Source: a virus (Duplodnaviria > Caudoviricetes). From it: a stretch of 64,000 bases of DNA. The translations under genes and the position numbers were made by a program. The stretch is taken from positions 15,274-79,273 of the IMG/VR virus record IMGVR_UViG_2627853746_000004; one strand, 5' to 3'. Below the pieces are notes generated by a model. It had not been told where the DNA came from, searched no databases, and worked only from the letters and a program-made list of their open reading frames with translations. Shown piece after piece: positions 29,018 to 39,985 of the stretch. The stretch's first letter is position 1; each line of letters opens with the position of its first letter.

Positions 29018-29592
29018 TTACCGGATATGATGCCGTAAGGGCGTCTAAGGACCTCGAAAGCAAGTTGGCAGTTGAGATTACCGGACTCACGAAACTCGTG
29101 TTACTGACCGCCAAGGGCGGTATACGGTATTATCCAGCAGTAAGAGACAAGATACAGATGGAAATGTTCGTGCTTGCAAACAAAATGATCGAAGGCGACA
29201 TCACCGCCGACTATTGGCAGGCATGGCTTGAACAGTTCGGTAAAGGTTCCTTAATGGCCGATACTTCGCAAAACCCTGGGTTGGTTACCTACATGAATTC
29301 CGATGCATGGAACCGTCTGAGATCGCGCGGTAGGAAGGTGGTTGTCGGGCGTGGGCAAGGAAATTACAAAAGCATTGATGGAACAATGCGATATTCAGGT
29401 GGTGGTTATGCTGGAGTGGACCTGGAGGAACTAGCTGAACGCGGTGATATTGATCCAAAGTTCAAGCCAACACCTCCAACCTATTTCCTGCGTATCGCTA
29501 TCCAGTCCAACCGAACCCGAATCCTGCAAGGCATCGCAGAGGTAATTGAAAACTTCCCGTACCACCGGTACTTTCTGGAGGACAAGCAATGA
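29014..29592 (+). CDS. Neck/tail completion protein (HK97 gp10-like, putative)
   Basis: Synteny; EQFGKG and PTYFLRIA motifs. Confidence 0.5.
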   Translation: MITGYDAVRASKDLESKLAVEITGLTKLVLLTAKGGIRYYPAVRDKIQMEMFVLANKMIEGDITADYWQAWLEQFGKGSLMADTSQNPGLVTYMNSDAWNRLRSRGRKVVVGRGQGNYKSIDGTMRYSGGGYAGVDLEELAERGDIDPKFKPTPPTYFLRIAIQSNRTRILQGIAEVIENFPYHRYFLEDKQ

Positions 29593-30023
29593 GTTTACAA
29601 CTGATTGACGCTATACAGAACACACACAAGGCTGACGCGGCGTTCATGGCTTTGCTTAAGCTTTTACCTACTGCAAACGGCGAGCAGATGGCGGCGCGAT
29701 TTACAAAAGGCGTGGAGCCGGAAATTGTGGTCTCCAAGGATACAGTACCTCATATCTGTCAGTACATTATGCCGGGTCAATATGGTAGAAATCATCTTGT
29801 TTTTAAAGGGAAGTTTTGTTTGGACTTTTACGGAAAGACGGGATATGAAGCGAAACTGCTGTTCGAAAGATCATTCAAGCTTTTTCATGACGACCATATT
29901 ATTCAACCGGGATTCAATTCCTTCCGTTGTAGTCTTGCTTATGATGGCGACTTTTCCACTGGCATAGCCGGCGTCAAAGGCTACAAAGGAATTTATGATG
30001 TCGATTATATCCGTACGAATTAA
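29589..30023 (+). CDS. Tail terminator (putative)
   Basis: Synteny before the major tail protein. Confidence 0.5.
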   Translation: MSLQLIDAIQNTHKADAAFMALLKLLPTANGEQMAARFTKGVEPEIVVSKDTVPHICQYIMPGQYGRNHLVFKGKFCLDFYGKTGYEAKLLFERSFKLFHDDHIIQPGFNSFRCSLAYDGDFSTGIAGVKGYKGIYDVDYIRTN

Positions 30024-30089
30024 GCAGGATAGCAGGATAAACGGCAGTATAAAGTATAAGTGAAGAAATACGAGGAACGGGGTGAACCA

Positions 30090-30278
30090 TTGATGGATAA
30101 GCCTGATCTCAAAAAAGATCCGTCTGAAGTTGAGAAGCTGGTGAAAGAAAAAGTTTCCCTAGCTAGAAAACTCGGCATATGGGAATCTTTTAATCCAGTT
30201 GAAGATTATCAAAACAAAGAAGAATTTGCTCAGATTACCGAAATTGACAAACGCCTATCCGTAATCATTAACGGCTAG
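30090..30278 (+). CDS. Small hypothetical protein
   Basis: ORF track; SD GGGGTG. Confidence 0.5.
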   Translation: MMDKPDLKKDPSEVEKLVKEKVSLARKLGIWESFNPVEDYQNKEEFAQITEIDKRLSVIING

Positions 30279-30309
30279 GTTTTTTTAATGTCCTAAGGAG
30301 GGATAAGGA

Positions 30310-31092
30310 ATGGGTATTTCACCGAAACAGTGGGTTGTAGATGACATTTCGAATGCAGCCCTGTTTGATCTTGCTACTGGAGATCCAATGGCTTACTTTG
30401 AACGGCTCGGAAAGTTAACGCTGACAATTGCCGCACCGCAGCAGCGTGTGTACGGCGGTACAAGCAAATATGCTTTTCACTTGACTGAACAGGACGCGGA
30501 ATCAAGTGTGCAAATTGAAAACGCCGTCCTGGACCTTAACCAACTTGTCGCAGCGACAGGAGCAGAAATTACAACCGGCAGTACAGTAGTGCCGCGTGTC
30601 GAAAAACTCACAGTTTTGACTGGAGCAACCTTCACTTTGTCTAAAGGAGCAACTCTGGTTGCTGGCAGCGACCGAATCATCGTGGCAACAAAAGGTTTGA
30701 CAAACTCAGGGGTGCAATTAACACGCGTTGCTTCTGCACCTACTGCACTTCAATATTCGATCACAGTAGCCGGTGTTGTAACTTTGGGCGATTCAACATT
30801 GGTAGGAAAAGACGTTCGTGCCTTTTACGACTCAACCTCTGCTACTGGTACGGCTACGTCCATCAAGACGGACACTAAAAATAAGGCATATAAATTCGTA
30901 GCTTACGGTAAAGCCTTGGATGATGAAACTAACGAATGGTTTGAATGCGTTATTGTCATCTATAAGTCTCAAATGCTGGGATCGTTCGTCATTGATCAGC
31001 AACGGAAATCGGCAACCACCAGTTCTATCGAACTTGCGGTGCTCGATCCAAGTCGGGCAGACAAAAAAGCGATTGATATTCTAACGGCCTAA
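30310..31092 (+). CDS. Major tail tube protein
   Basis: Synteny; Thr/Ala-rich, beta-rich 260 aa; strong SD. Confidence 0.75.
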   Translation: MGISPKQWVVDDISNAALFDLATGDPMAYFERLGKLTLTIAAPQQRVYGGTSKYAFHLTEQDAESSVQIENAVLDLNQLVAATGAEITTGSTVVPRVEKLTVLTGATFTLSKGATLVAGSDRIIVATKGLTNSGVQLTRVASAPTALQYSITVAGVVTLGDSTLVGKDVRAFYDSTSATGTATSIKTDTKNKAYKFVAYGKALDDETNEWFECVIVIYKSQMLGSFVIDQQRKSATTSSIELAVLDPSRADKKAIDILTA

Positions 31093-31141
31093 TTAATTGG
31101 GGGCGAAAGTCCCCATATCCTAATACATGGAGGCAAGCGTA

Positions 31142-31471
31142 ATGGAAGATCAAGAAAAAATGGATTTGATTTTGGGCATTGGACCAAAAGTAACGCTGTC
31201 CCCGGATGTCACTAAGACTCTCCGAGTTGGCACGCTCAAGCAAATCAAGGAAGTTGGGGCGTTGTACAAAGACGGGCTTACCCAACTTAAATATGCGGCA
31301 GTGTTCCAAGAAGGAGATGAACAGAAAGCCACATACGACAAGTGGTCTGAAATTCTGAACATCGTGTTCATTGAGGGGTTCGACGGGGCAGAAATCGAAG
31401 AATATATTCCAGAGGTGTTGGAGGAAGCCGTCGATCGATTTCTCTTCAGTAAGTCAGGGGCCGGAGCGTAA
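31142..31471 (+). CDS. Tail assembly chaperone (gpG-like)
   Basis: Between major tail and tape measure genes; ATG after SD GGAGG. Confidence 0.65.
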   Translation: MEDQEKMDLILGIGPKVTLSPDVTKTLRVGTLKQIKEVGALYKDGLTQLKYAAVFQEGDEQKATYDKWSEILNIVFIEGFDGAEIEEYIPEVLEEAVDRFLFSKSGAGA

Positions 31472-31721
31472 GAGCCGAGGCAAAAGTAAGCCGGGGGAAG
31501 AAAGTGAGCCATTAACAATGTACGAACTTTACGGCAGGTTATCTCGCCGTAAACTCTCAAAGCCCTGGTATGATCATAATTGGTACGAAGTGATTGCTAT
31601 ATTTGACGACATGAACGAAGAAATGAAAGAGCAGATTCGTCTGCACGGTGGAGAAATTGAAGAACCCAAACCACTGACAAGAAGTGGCATCGCTGAAATT
31701 CTGAGCTTTTTCAACCGATAG
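31371..31721 (+). CDS. Tail assembly chaperone extension (gpT-like), possibly made by frameshift
   Basis: Overlapping open frame, +1 relative to the chaperone. Confidence 0.5.
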   Translation: MRGSTGQKSKNIFQRCWRKPSIDFSSVSQGPERKSRGKSKPGEESEPLTMYELYGRLSRRKLSKPWYDHNWYEVIAIFDDMNEEMKEQIRLHGGEIEEPKPLTRSGIAEILSFFNR

Positions 31722-31732
31722 ATACACATTCC

Positions 31733-31769
31733 AAAGAGACCTCCGTCACCAAGCGGTAGGTCTCTTTTT
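31733..31769 (+). terminator. Intrinsic terminator upstream of the tape measure gene
   Basis: AAAGAGACC...GGTCTCTTTTT hairpin. Confidence 0.6.
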
Positions 31770-31838
31770 CTGTATATACGGATCAAACCGAAGCTAAGGA
31801 AAATTTTCCTTATCAAACCCAAGAGGGGTGAAGATACA

Positions 31839-34800
31839 TTGACAGATATGGGCAAGGATGTAGTTGGAGCAAGGCTTAAGCTGGATACATCTAAAATGCT
31901 GCCTGCATTTCAGGCGATTGATAGAGGAGCAAAAGGCAACGCCGAAACTTTCAAGGTACTCAATCAAGAAATTAACGTCACTACTAAAAATTATACCGCC
32001 TTGGCCGGAGCAGCAGATAAACTCGCGCTGACATCCGAAGATCGGCGAAAGAAGATCATGGCTGAGTCTGATGCTTTGGTTAAGCAGCGTAATGCTCAAA
32101 CTGCACTGATCAAAGCAAAAAAGAGTCAACTAGATCAGACCAATCAATTGGTAGATGCTAAACTCGCCGCGCAAATGGCAATCGTAGTCAAGAGAGAGAA
32201 CGCTATTGAGCAGCAAGAGCGGGAACACCTTAAGCGCATGGAGGCCCTTCAAAACCGGGCGAATAAAACTGCGGGGAGCAGTTCAACGGGGACATCAAGC
32301 ACAGCTGACAGCACTCGGGAGCGCGTGCTAAGAGAAGAACAATCAATTCGGCAGAAGCTTGCTCAGATGGAAGAGAAAGAAGCCCAACTTGCTCGTAAGA
32401 CTGCTGCAGAACGTGAAGCTGCGGTGCGTTCCCAGGAACAAAAGGAAATCCAGATGCGGGAACGGGTCTTGCAAGAAGAACAGAAGATACGCGCAGCCCT
32501 GAAAGCTAGAGAACAACAGGAAGCCAATATCCGGGAACGGATCATCCAGGAGGAGCAGAAGGTTCGCAGAGCGCTTGTGACCCGGGAACAGCAAGAAATC
32601 AAAATGCGTGAGCGTATACTCGCTGAAGAGAAGAAGGTATTACAATCCCTTATTTCAACCGAAAATCAAATGAATCACATGGGGAAAAATACGGGTTTTC
32701 TAACTCAAATTAAGGATGCAGCCATCCATGCTGCTGTTTTCCATACCGTTTTCCGTTCGATGATGACCGTTCAGGAAGCCATGAAAGAAGGTATCGTGGA
32801 TATTGAATCCAACATGGCGGGGTACGTGCAGACCAACGAGCACTATTTCTTGGAATACAATCAAGGTACAGGCGAAATGGTAATGAACACAAAACTCCTG
32901 AATGCCGAAACCGAAAAGTTCATCCATACCACACATGACCTTGGATCTGAAATCACCGATGTAACCGAATCAGCGCGTCTATGGGGCCGTATGTACAAAG
33001 ATGCTGGAATAGTTCAGGAAATGGTACGCAAGTCCACCATGCTATCTACAGTCGATCTTGTGAGTCTAGAAGATGCTACAAAGAGCATGGAATCTACACT
33101 TGCGCAATACGGGGTGCAGATCAAAGACGCAAATGATGCTGCTGTGCTAGGTGGACGTATCCTAGATTCTTGGTCTAAGGTAGCTCATGATACTATGGCT
33201 CCGGCACAGGACTTGGGAGCGGCGTTTGAACGGACGGGTAAAATAGCTGCGGAGACTGGCGTTAGTTTTGATGTAATGAATGGCTTAATCTCTTCCGGTA
33301 TTCGTAATACTGCGCTATCCGGGGAGAACCTGGGTAACATGTGGAAGACGGTTCTAGGTACGATCCGGACGGATAAAGCGGTGGCTGAAATTGAAAGCCT
33401 GGGAGTAGCCACGAAGGAAGTTGTTGACGGTACTGAACAATGGCGCAGAGCGGATGATATCTTACTCGACCTGTCTACTAAAGTAATCGATAAGAACTAT
33501 GATTTGACGAAGTCCTATGCGGATATTTCGCGCGGTGTCTATCAGTATGCCAAACTGGCAGCGTCCCTTAATGCTGGGGACATCCTCTTAGGCACAGCAG
33601 CATCCATCGGTTCTACTGGATCTACACTGGAATACCTGAAAGTTCAGATGGATACGATATCGCGGAAGGCGGCACAAGCAAAAGCTTCCCTTTTGGAGAT
33701 ATTTAATCAAGCTGGGGATGATGGACTACGAGCTGCCATTAAGAAATCTCTGGACGTTATCGATCAATTGCTAATTGGCCTCACCAAGATTCCTAAGGGG
33801 GCTTTTGCGGCAACCGCAACGCTTGGTGGGTTGCTGGGGCTATATAAACTAATCGCGCCATTATTGACCCAATGGAGAGCAGCGCAGACCGCACTGAACA
33901 CAGCCATTGCGATGCATACAACTCTACAAACAGCAGCCACAGCCGAAATGGTTGTGTATACTGCAGCGGCTAAAGTAGCAATGGCTACAACGGCTGCTTG
34001 GACTGCCGGCCTTACCTTGTTAGTTGGCGCTATTGCTGTATTTGTATATCAAAGCGGAAAAGCCGAAAAGGCTCAACGTGAGCATGCGCAGGCTATGAAG
34101 GATGAAGATGCTGCCAGTCAGCAAATGATTAGTCAACTCCAACGGCAAATCGAATTGCTGCCCAAGCTTGTGAATGCTCATAAATCCTTGGAATCATCTC
34201 TACAGTCTGCGAACCTATCTGAGCAGAAACAAACGCAGATCAAGAAACAACTGCACGAAGTTTCTAAGGCGTTGGTCATTACATTGGGTGAAGAAGGGGC
34301 GAAGCAACTCGAAACAGCCGGATATACTGACGAGGCCGTACAGATTCAAGTAAAGGCTTTAAACCAACTCATCGAAAAGCAGAATGAAGCAAGAATGAAC
34401 GTTCTTGCCGACCAGCAAAATCAGGTCAATAAGGACTTAGAAAAAAACCTTGCCGAGATCAATAAAGCCAAAGATAAACTGAATAATCTAAAAACAAGTC
34501 TACTTGCCCAGACGGGGCAATTTGTAAAGAATGTATTCACATTTAAGGATCTGGATGATTCCTCGAAATCCGTGAAGGCGTTGGAGGACAAAATAGCCAG
34601 TCTTACAGTCAAAAACAATGAGTTAAATGCCTCGTCTGCTGACTTAGGCGTTCAGATGTCATCATTAATTCTTCAAGAAGACCAGTTTGCAGGTAAAGCA
34701 GGGACGGCATCGGAATCCGCATCGGATCAAGCGGAAGTGCTTGCTGATTTACGAGAACAAATTGATGGTAACGGCTCTGCCATTAGTGAGATGAACACCC

Positions 34801-37268
34801 TCCTGAAAGAAATGACCGGAGAGCAGTCCATGAATGCTTCTGCGGCAGCTGAACTGATTTTGAAATATCCGCAGTTAGCCACAGAGATTTATAAAACGGC
34901 AGATGGATGGAAATTCGAGAAAGACGCTGTTGAAGTGCTGCGAAAAGCCAAGGTCCAGAAAGCGATTGACGATCTGAAGTCTGAAAAAGCATCCACATTC
35001 AACACCAGACTGGCAACTGACGAGCGCCTGAAGGCATACGGCATCGAAGCGGAGGCAATTAAGAGTCTGGCTGATCTGAAAGCGGCCATGAACGGAGTAA
35101 CGTCTACAACCCTAACTACTGGAGATGATCTTAAGTACTTCAAGCCTTCGTTCAGAGATCAAGGCGGCGCGCTGGACGAGAAGGCCAAACAGGAAGCGGC
35201 GGCTAAAAGTGAGCTGGATAAAATATATGACTCCTACGCTAAGGAACAAATTGATTACCAAAACAAAATAAATGCCTTGAGCGGACTATATAAAGATCCG
35301 AACTTTGGTGTGAGTGCGGACAGCGATAAGAAAAGCAAGAGCGGAAAAAGCGATGCTGAAAAGGATGCTGAAACAGCTGCTAAAGAAGCCGCGACAGCAC
35401 GAAAAGAAGCGTATTCTGAAGATTTGGATAACTTCAAATACATTGCCGAGCGGCAGAACTGGACCATCGATCAGCAAGCAGCTGGCTACGAACGATTGAA
35501 GAAGCGGCATGCCGCATACCTAGCCGAAGATAAAGATGCTATGAAACAGTGGAGCCGGGATGTTGTTGCTCTCAGCGATGCTCGGTACACCGAAGATGTG
35601 GCCAACTTGGAGAAGAAAACAGAACGCATGCGTCAGGCGAACCTTCAAGAAGTCGAAATGGTCAAGGCTTCGCTTGATTTTTACACTAAGGAAGCTAAGA
35701 AAACTTATCTGACCGCAGAGCAAAAAGCTGAAGCGGATAAGCAAGGTTATGACCTGACGAAGCAATACAACGAACTGCGTTATACCAACTCCACGAACTG
35801 GATAGACAAAGAAGCCAACAAAATGGAGATGGGTGGAAAGAAGAAAGTTGAAATTATCAATATGGAATTACAGGCATATGAACGAATGGCAAAAGATAAA
35901 AATCGATCTGCTGAAGAAAATTTAAAACTGGAACAAAACATTTACGAACAGAAGAAAGCCTTAATTGAACAGCAGTTTTCGGACAGTCAGAAAGATATTA
36001 GTCACCGAAAGGCCATTGGTGAACTTACTGCGGCTCAGGAATTGCAGGAGTGGCAAAAGATACAGGCAATGTACCGAGTAGGTACTGAGCAGCGTATGGA
36101 AGCCGATGAACAGGTATACGCATTACGGCAGAAGTTGATTGAAGATGAAACAAAGTCGGTCGAAACACTAGCATCTTCTTACAAATCCAAAATTGAAGCC
36201 ACACGTGACGCAGCAGTGAAAGCAATAGAAGCGGAGCGCGATGCATATCTTGCGGGAAAGGACGCTGAGATTCAAGCGATTGATGATCTGCTAAGTAAGC
36301 AACAGGAACTTAATGAGGATCAAGATTATGAGAGTGCCTTAGCAGAGAAACAAGCGCGGTTAGCACTGCTGGCTTCGGCGGTTGGCCCGGACGGGATTGC
36401 CGAACGAGTGCAGGTCCAGAAGGACATTGAAAAACTGCAATTGGATCATGAACGGGAGTTAGCGAAACGAAGCCTTGAAGAACAGAAGCAAGCCCTCCAG
36501 GACGAGAAGGACGCAAAGAAGACAGCCTATGATAAGGATATCGAAACGGCTAAATCTCACTATGAGGATCTGATATCGGCTTTCGAAAGCTTTTCATCTG
36601 ACACAGCAAACCGTGCTGAGGTTCTGAAGAACATCCAAGTGCTGAAGGAGTCCGAGAAGAACGCGGAGATCCTGAGTCAGTTAGATCAGTTCATTTCAGA
36701 CTATCAATCCAAGATGAGTGCAATTACCACGCTGTCGCCTACTGTGAGCGGATCTGTGACACTGGCGGCATCAACAGGTGTAAGTCAGAAGGACGCAGAC
36801 TTAATTGAATACAACTCAAATAAGGATGCCTGGGACGCAGCCAAAGCAGCAAAGAATACAGCCGAAATGGAAAGATTGGCTGCACGTAATGAGGAGTTAC
36901 GGCAGAAATACGGCGTAATTAAAGACACTGGAAAACTTCAGACATTTCATGATGGTGGCGTAGTCCGAGGAGCGCGGCGCGGTGAAGAAACAACAGTCAA
37001 TGCAAGAGTCGGAGAGATGTACATCAATGACCGGCAGCAGGACAACCTTTTTAGAATGCTTAACTTTAAAATGCCTTCAATTGATTTCTCTATGCCAAGT
37101 TTTTCTATGCCAGCAGCGTCAGGAGGTTCAAATCCGCAGCAGGTAAGCAGCACCAGCGTAACATTCTCAGGAGATACTTATATTACAGACGACGCCGTAG
37201 CAAAGGTTTATTGGACTGAAAGGGATAATTTCGTGCGGAGGTCGCAATCCAGATCGGGGGCGAAATAA
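31839..37268 (+). CDS. Tape measure protein
   Basis: 1809 aa, coiled-coil/Ala-rich, TP901-like core, FHDGG near C-terminus; N-terminal RERVLxEEQ repeats. Confidence 0.93.
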   Translation: MTDMGKDVVGARLKLDTSKMLPAFQAIDRGAKGNAETFKVLNQEINVTTKNYTALAGAADKLALTSEDRRKKIMAESDALVKQRNAQTALIKAKKSQLDQTNQLVDAKLAAQMAIVVKRENAIEQQEREHLKRMEALQNRANKTAGSSSTGTSSTADSTRERVLREEQSIRQKLAQMEEKEAQLARKTAAEREAAVRSQEQKEIQMRERVLQEEQKIRAALKAREQQEANIRERIIQEEQKVRRALVTREQQEIKMRERILAEEKKVLQSLISTENQMNHMGKNTGFLTQIKDAAIHAAVFHTVFRSMMTVQEAMKEGIVDIESNMAGYVQTNEHYFLEYNQGTGEMVMNTKLLNAETEKFIHTTHDLGSEITDVTESARLWGRMYKDAGIVQEMVRKSTMLSTVDLVSLEDATKSMESTLAQYGVQIKDANDAAVLGGRILDSWSKVAHDTMAPAQDLGAAFERTGKIAAETGVSFDVMNGLISSGIRNTALSGENLGNMWKTVLGTIRTDKAVAEIESLGVATKEVVDGTEQWRRADDILLDLSTKVIDKNYDLTKSYADISRGVYQYAKLAASLNAGDILLGTAASIGSTGSTLEYLKVQMDTISRKAAQAKASLLEIFNQAGDDGLRAAIKKSLDVIDQLLIGLTKIPKGAFAATATLGGLLGLYKLIAPLLTQWRAAQTALNTAIAMHTTLQTAATAEMVVYTAAAKVAMATTAAWTAGLTLLVGAIAVFVYQSGKAEKAQREHAQAMKDEDAASQQMISQLQRQIELLPKLVNAHKSLESSLQSANLSEQKQTQIKKQLHEVSKALVITLGEEGAKQLETAGYTDEAVQIQVKALNQLIEKQNEARMNVLADQQNQVNKDLEKNLAEINKAKDKLNNLKTSLLAQTGQFVKNVFTFKDLDDSSKSVKALEDKIASLTVKNNELNASSADLGVQMSSLILQEDQFAGKAGTASESASDQAEVLADLREQIDGNGSAISEMNTLLKEMTGEQSMNASAAAELILKYPQLATEIYKTADGWKFEKDAVEVLRKAKVQKAIDDLKSEKASTFNTRLATDERLKAYGIEAEAIKSLADLKAAMNGVTSTTLTTGDDLKYFKPSFRDQGGALDEKAKQEAAAKSELDKIYDSYAKEQIDYQNKINALSGLYKDPNFGVSADSDKKSKSGKSDAEKDAETAAKEAATARKEAYSEDLDNFKYIAERQNWTIDQQAAGYERLKKRHAAYLAEDKDAMKQWSRDVVALSDARYTEDVANLEKKTERMRQANLQEVEMVKASLDFYTKEAKKTYLTAEQKAEADKQGYDLTKQYNELRYTNSTNWIDKEANKMEMGGKKKVEIINMELQAYERMAKDKNRSAEENLKLEQNIYEQKKALIEQQFSDSQKDISHRKAIGELTAAQELQEWQKIQAMYRVGTEQRMEADEQVYALRQKLIEDETKSVETLASSYKSKIEATRDAAVKAIEAERDAYLAGKDAEIQAIDDLLSKQQELNEDQDYESALAEKQARLALLASAVGPDGIAERVQVQKDIEKLQLDHERELAKRSLEEQKQALQDEKDAKKTAYDKDIETAKSHYEDLISAFESFSSDTANRAEVLKNIQVLKESEKNAEILSQLDQFISDYQSKMSAITTLSPTVSGSVTLAASTGVSQKDADLIEYNSNKDAWDAAKAAKNTAEMERLAARNEELRQKYGVIKDTGKLQTFHDGGVVRGARRGEETTVNARVGEMYINDRQQDNLFRMLNFKMPSIDFSMPSFSMPAASGGSNPQQVSSTSVTFSGDTYITDDAVAKVYWTERDNFVRRSQSRSGAK

Positions 37269-38072
37269 TTGATTACAGCAACAGCAGATGGTGTAACGTT
37301 TGAAAGTATCGGACTGGGGCTGAAATCTCACAATATCCCTGTTCTGCCCCCGACAAAGGATAACACAGTAGAACTGGCTGATCGTGACGGTGCCTTAGAT
37401 TTTGGCAGTACCTACGGACCCAGACCATTCAACCTTGAGTGCATTATAATGGCTGACGATCCGACATTGGATTATCAAAGGAGAGTCGCTCTTGTAGCGG
37501 CTCTTTTTAACATTCAAAAAGGCGATATTGTATTTACCTTTGAGGATCATCCGGGAAAGAGATTCATAGGTAGGTACGCAGGCACTATGGATATCACAAA
37601 GCTGATATTTGATGGAGAGGTTACAATACCCATCAAAATGAACAATCCATATCCTGAGTCGATCCAGGATACAACCGTCCGAGAATATGGGCAAGGGTTG
37701 GAATATGGACAGGGATACTTGTATAGCGATTATGCAAATTGGATATCTGCAAATGGACAGAGCATTGTTATTCGTAATGAAGGCAGTGCCAAAGCTTTCC
37801 CTATCATACGAATTAGCGGATCTTTCTCCGATTTGCATCTCTCAGATGGAACTTCGACACTCATACTATATGGCACGAGTAGCGCTTCGGATGTGTGGGA
37901 GATTAACTGCGATATGGATGAATGCACCGTTCTCCTCAACGGACAGAACGCTTTTTCAAGAAGCAATGCTGTTTTCTTTAGACTCCAACCCGGGAATACA
38001 ACATTCACAGTGTCAGGTGGATCATTGGCGGTTAACCTCGCATTTATATTCAGGTACAAATATCTCTATTGA
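37269..38072 (+). CDS. Distal tail protein (Dit)
   Basis: Follows TMP; DGALDFGSTYGPRPF, NEGSAKAFPIIRI, FFRLQPGNT. Confidence 0.85.
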   Translation: MITATADGVTFESIGLGLKSHNIPVLPPTKDNTVELADRDGALDFGSTYGPRPFNLECIIMADDPTLDYQRRVALVAALFNIQKGDIVFTFEDHPGKRFIGRYAGTMDITKLIFDGEVTIPIKMNNPYPESIQDTTVREYGQGLEYGQGYLYSDYANWISANGQSIVIRNEGSAKAFPIIRISGSFSDLHLSDGTSTLILYGTSSASDVWEINCDMDECTVLLNGQNAFSRSNAVFFRLQPGNTTFTVSGGSLAVNLAFIFRYKYLY

Positions 38073-38086
38073 GAGGAGGAATCGTT

Positions 38087-38914
38087 TTGGCATTTAATCG
38101 AAGAACAATCAACAAAGAACTCGACATAGCAAACCTTAATAAGCACAACGACAATTACGCGGATATCGAATCAACATTAGATGCGCATGATATTGCCATT
38201 GCAACATCAGCCAGCCATATAGCAGACGGTAACATCCATACTACCGCAGCCGAGAAGACCAAGCTTGCGGGGATCACGGCCGGAGCTGGTGGAGCGAACT
38301 CAGCTACGGATTCTGTGATTGGGAGCCGGACGGCAACGGACAGTGTGACACCCAGCCTGACAGGGACAATAACAGCGCTGTTCTCCAGTTTGTTCACCTT
38401 GATCAAAGGGATTACGGGCAAGTCCAGCGCTCTTACGGCTCCGGCTACTACGCTTGAGGCGGCCAAGGCTCATATGGATACTGCCAATATCCACACCACG
38501 GCAGCCGAAAAGACCAAGCTGGCTGGTATTGCTACCGGGGCAGAGGTTAACCAAAACGCTTTTGCTCAGGTCAATAACATCCCGGCGGCTGCGGAATCGG
38601 ACGCGCTGACCGTGACGGGCGGCACGGGGATTACCATTACAAATAACCCAACCACCAAGACTCTGACGGTTACAGCAACCGGCACGGCCACCCCAGGGGC
38701 GCACGCCTCGTCCCATCTACCGGGCGGCAGTGATCCGATTGCTATTGCAACACCTTCGGCGGCAGGGCTGATGGCTGCTGCGGATAAAGTGGATCTGACA
38801 AATGTTAAGACGAAAGTGACGGCATTAGAGGATTTTTTGGGATACATGCCGATTGATGGCGGGGCATTCACGGGCAATCCTACGGGGCCTACTATTGACG
38901 GCGGAACTATATAA
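38087..38914 (+). CDS. Tail/baseplate-associated fibre protein
   Basis: Internal repeat NIHTTAAEKTKLAGI x2, HASSHLPGGSDPI, C-terminal IDGGT. Confidence 0.65.
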   Translation: MAFNRRTINKELDIANLNKHNDNYADIESTLDAHDIAIATSASHIADGNIHTTAAEKTKLAGITAGAGGANSATDSVIGSRTATDSVTPSLTGTITALFSSLFTLIKGITGKSSALTAPATTLEAAKAHMDTANIHTTAAEKTKLAGIATGAEVNQNAFAQVNNIPAAAESDALTVTGGTGITITNNPTTKTLTVTATGTATPGAHASSHLPGGSDPIAIATPSAAGLMAAADKVDLTNVKTKVTALEDFLGYMPIDGGAFTGNPTGPTIDGGTI

Positions 38915-38929
38915 AGGGGGGATTAGTCC

Positions 38930-39970
38930 ATGGCAGTAACGACAATTAAGATCAGACGGGGGCCAGCTTCTAACCTGGCCGGGCTAAGTTTACAAGAGGG
39001 CGAACCGGGGTTTGTAGTAGACACGGGTAAGCTCCTCATCGGGGATGGCCAGGGCAATAATGTCGTAATCAATCCGGACCAGGCGAACGCGACCACGGCA
39101 GATAAGCTCAAGACGGGGCGTACTATTGCAATCACAGGGGATGGTACAGGCAGCAGTGCTGCTTTTGATGGATCAGCCAATGCTTCTATTGCATTAGTAC
39201 TTGCAAATACCGGCACAGCCACAGGTACTTTTACAAAATTCACGGTAGATGCAAAAGGCCGGATTACTTCTGCTGTGCTTCTCACTGCAGCTGATATTCC
39301 GACTTTGACTTTGGCCAAAATCAGTGATGCTGGGACAGCGGCAAGCAAAAATACCGGGACTGCCGCAGGTAATGTGCCTGTGCTGGACAGCGGCGGTAAG
39401 CTGGATACTGCTGTACTCCCTGCGTTGGCTATCTCGGATACCTTTGTTGTAGCTACTCAGGCGGCAATGCTGGCCTTGACGGCGGAAGTCGGGGATATCG
39501 CAGTCCGGACGGATCTCAATAAGACCTTTATCCTCCGGTTAGCAGGTGCGTCTACCCTAGGAAACTGGCAGGAAATCCTATCACCTACGGCAGCAGTATC
39601 CAGTGTAGCTGGTAAGACTGGAGCCGTGACGGTAACGGCGTCTGATGTAGGGCTGGGTAACGTGACTAATGAGAGTAAGGCTACAATGTTCGCGAGTCCA
39701 ACGTTTACCGGTGCTCCTTCAGGACCGACAGCACTGGCAGGGACTAATACTACTCAATTTGCAACAACGGCATTTGTGGAGGCTGTCCGTGCCATCTTGG
39801 CTGCGGCTGATGCTCTTAAGGCTCCGTTAGCATCCCCTGCTTTCACAGGCAATCCAACAGTACCCACACAGGCTATCTCTGACAACAGCACAAAGGCTGC
39901 AAGTACCGCCTTTGTGCAATCTCAGGGATACCTTAAGGCAACCGACACCATTGACGGCGGTACATTTTAA
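38930..39970 (+). CDS. Tail fibre protein
   Basis: N-terminal IKIRRG...GEPG, VDAKGRIT, VSSVAGKTGAV, SPAFTG repeats. Confidence 0.8.
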   Translation: MAVTTIKIRRGPASNLAGLSLQEGEPGFVVDTGKLLIGDGQGNNVVINPDQANATTADKLKTGRTIAITGDGTGSSAAFDGSANASIALVLANTGTATGTFTKFTVDAKGRITSAVLLTAADIPTLTLAKISDAGTAASKNTGTAAGNVPVLDSGGKLDTAVLPALAISDTFVVATQAAMLALTAEVGDIAVRTDLNKTFILRLAGASTLGNWQEILSPTAAVSSVAGKTGAVTVTASDVGLGNVTNESKATMFASPTFTGAPSGPTALAGTNTTQFATTAFVEAVRAILAAADALKAPLASPAFTGNPTVPTQAISDNSTKAASTAFVQSQGYLKATDTIDGGTF

Positions 39971-39985
39971 GGAGGAGAGCGCACT

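Noticed and set aside
32320-32640. Periodic ~66-nt repeats
   Set aside because: Coding coiled-coil repeats (RERVLxEEQ) inside the tape measure protein.
38225-38535. Duplicated NIHTTAAEKTKLAGI segment and Mtd-like fibre N-termini suggesting a diversity-generating retroelement
   Set aside because: No reverse transcriptase in the window; differences between copies are synonymous and not adenine-specific.
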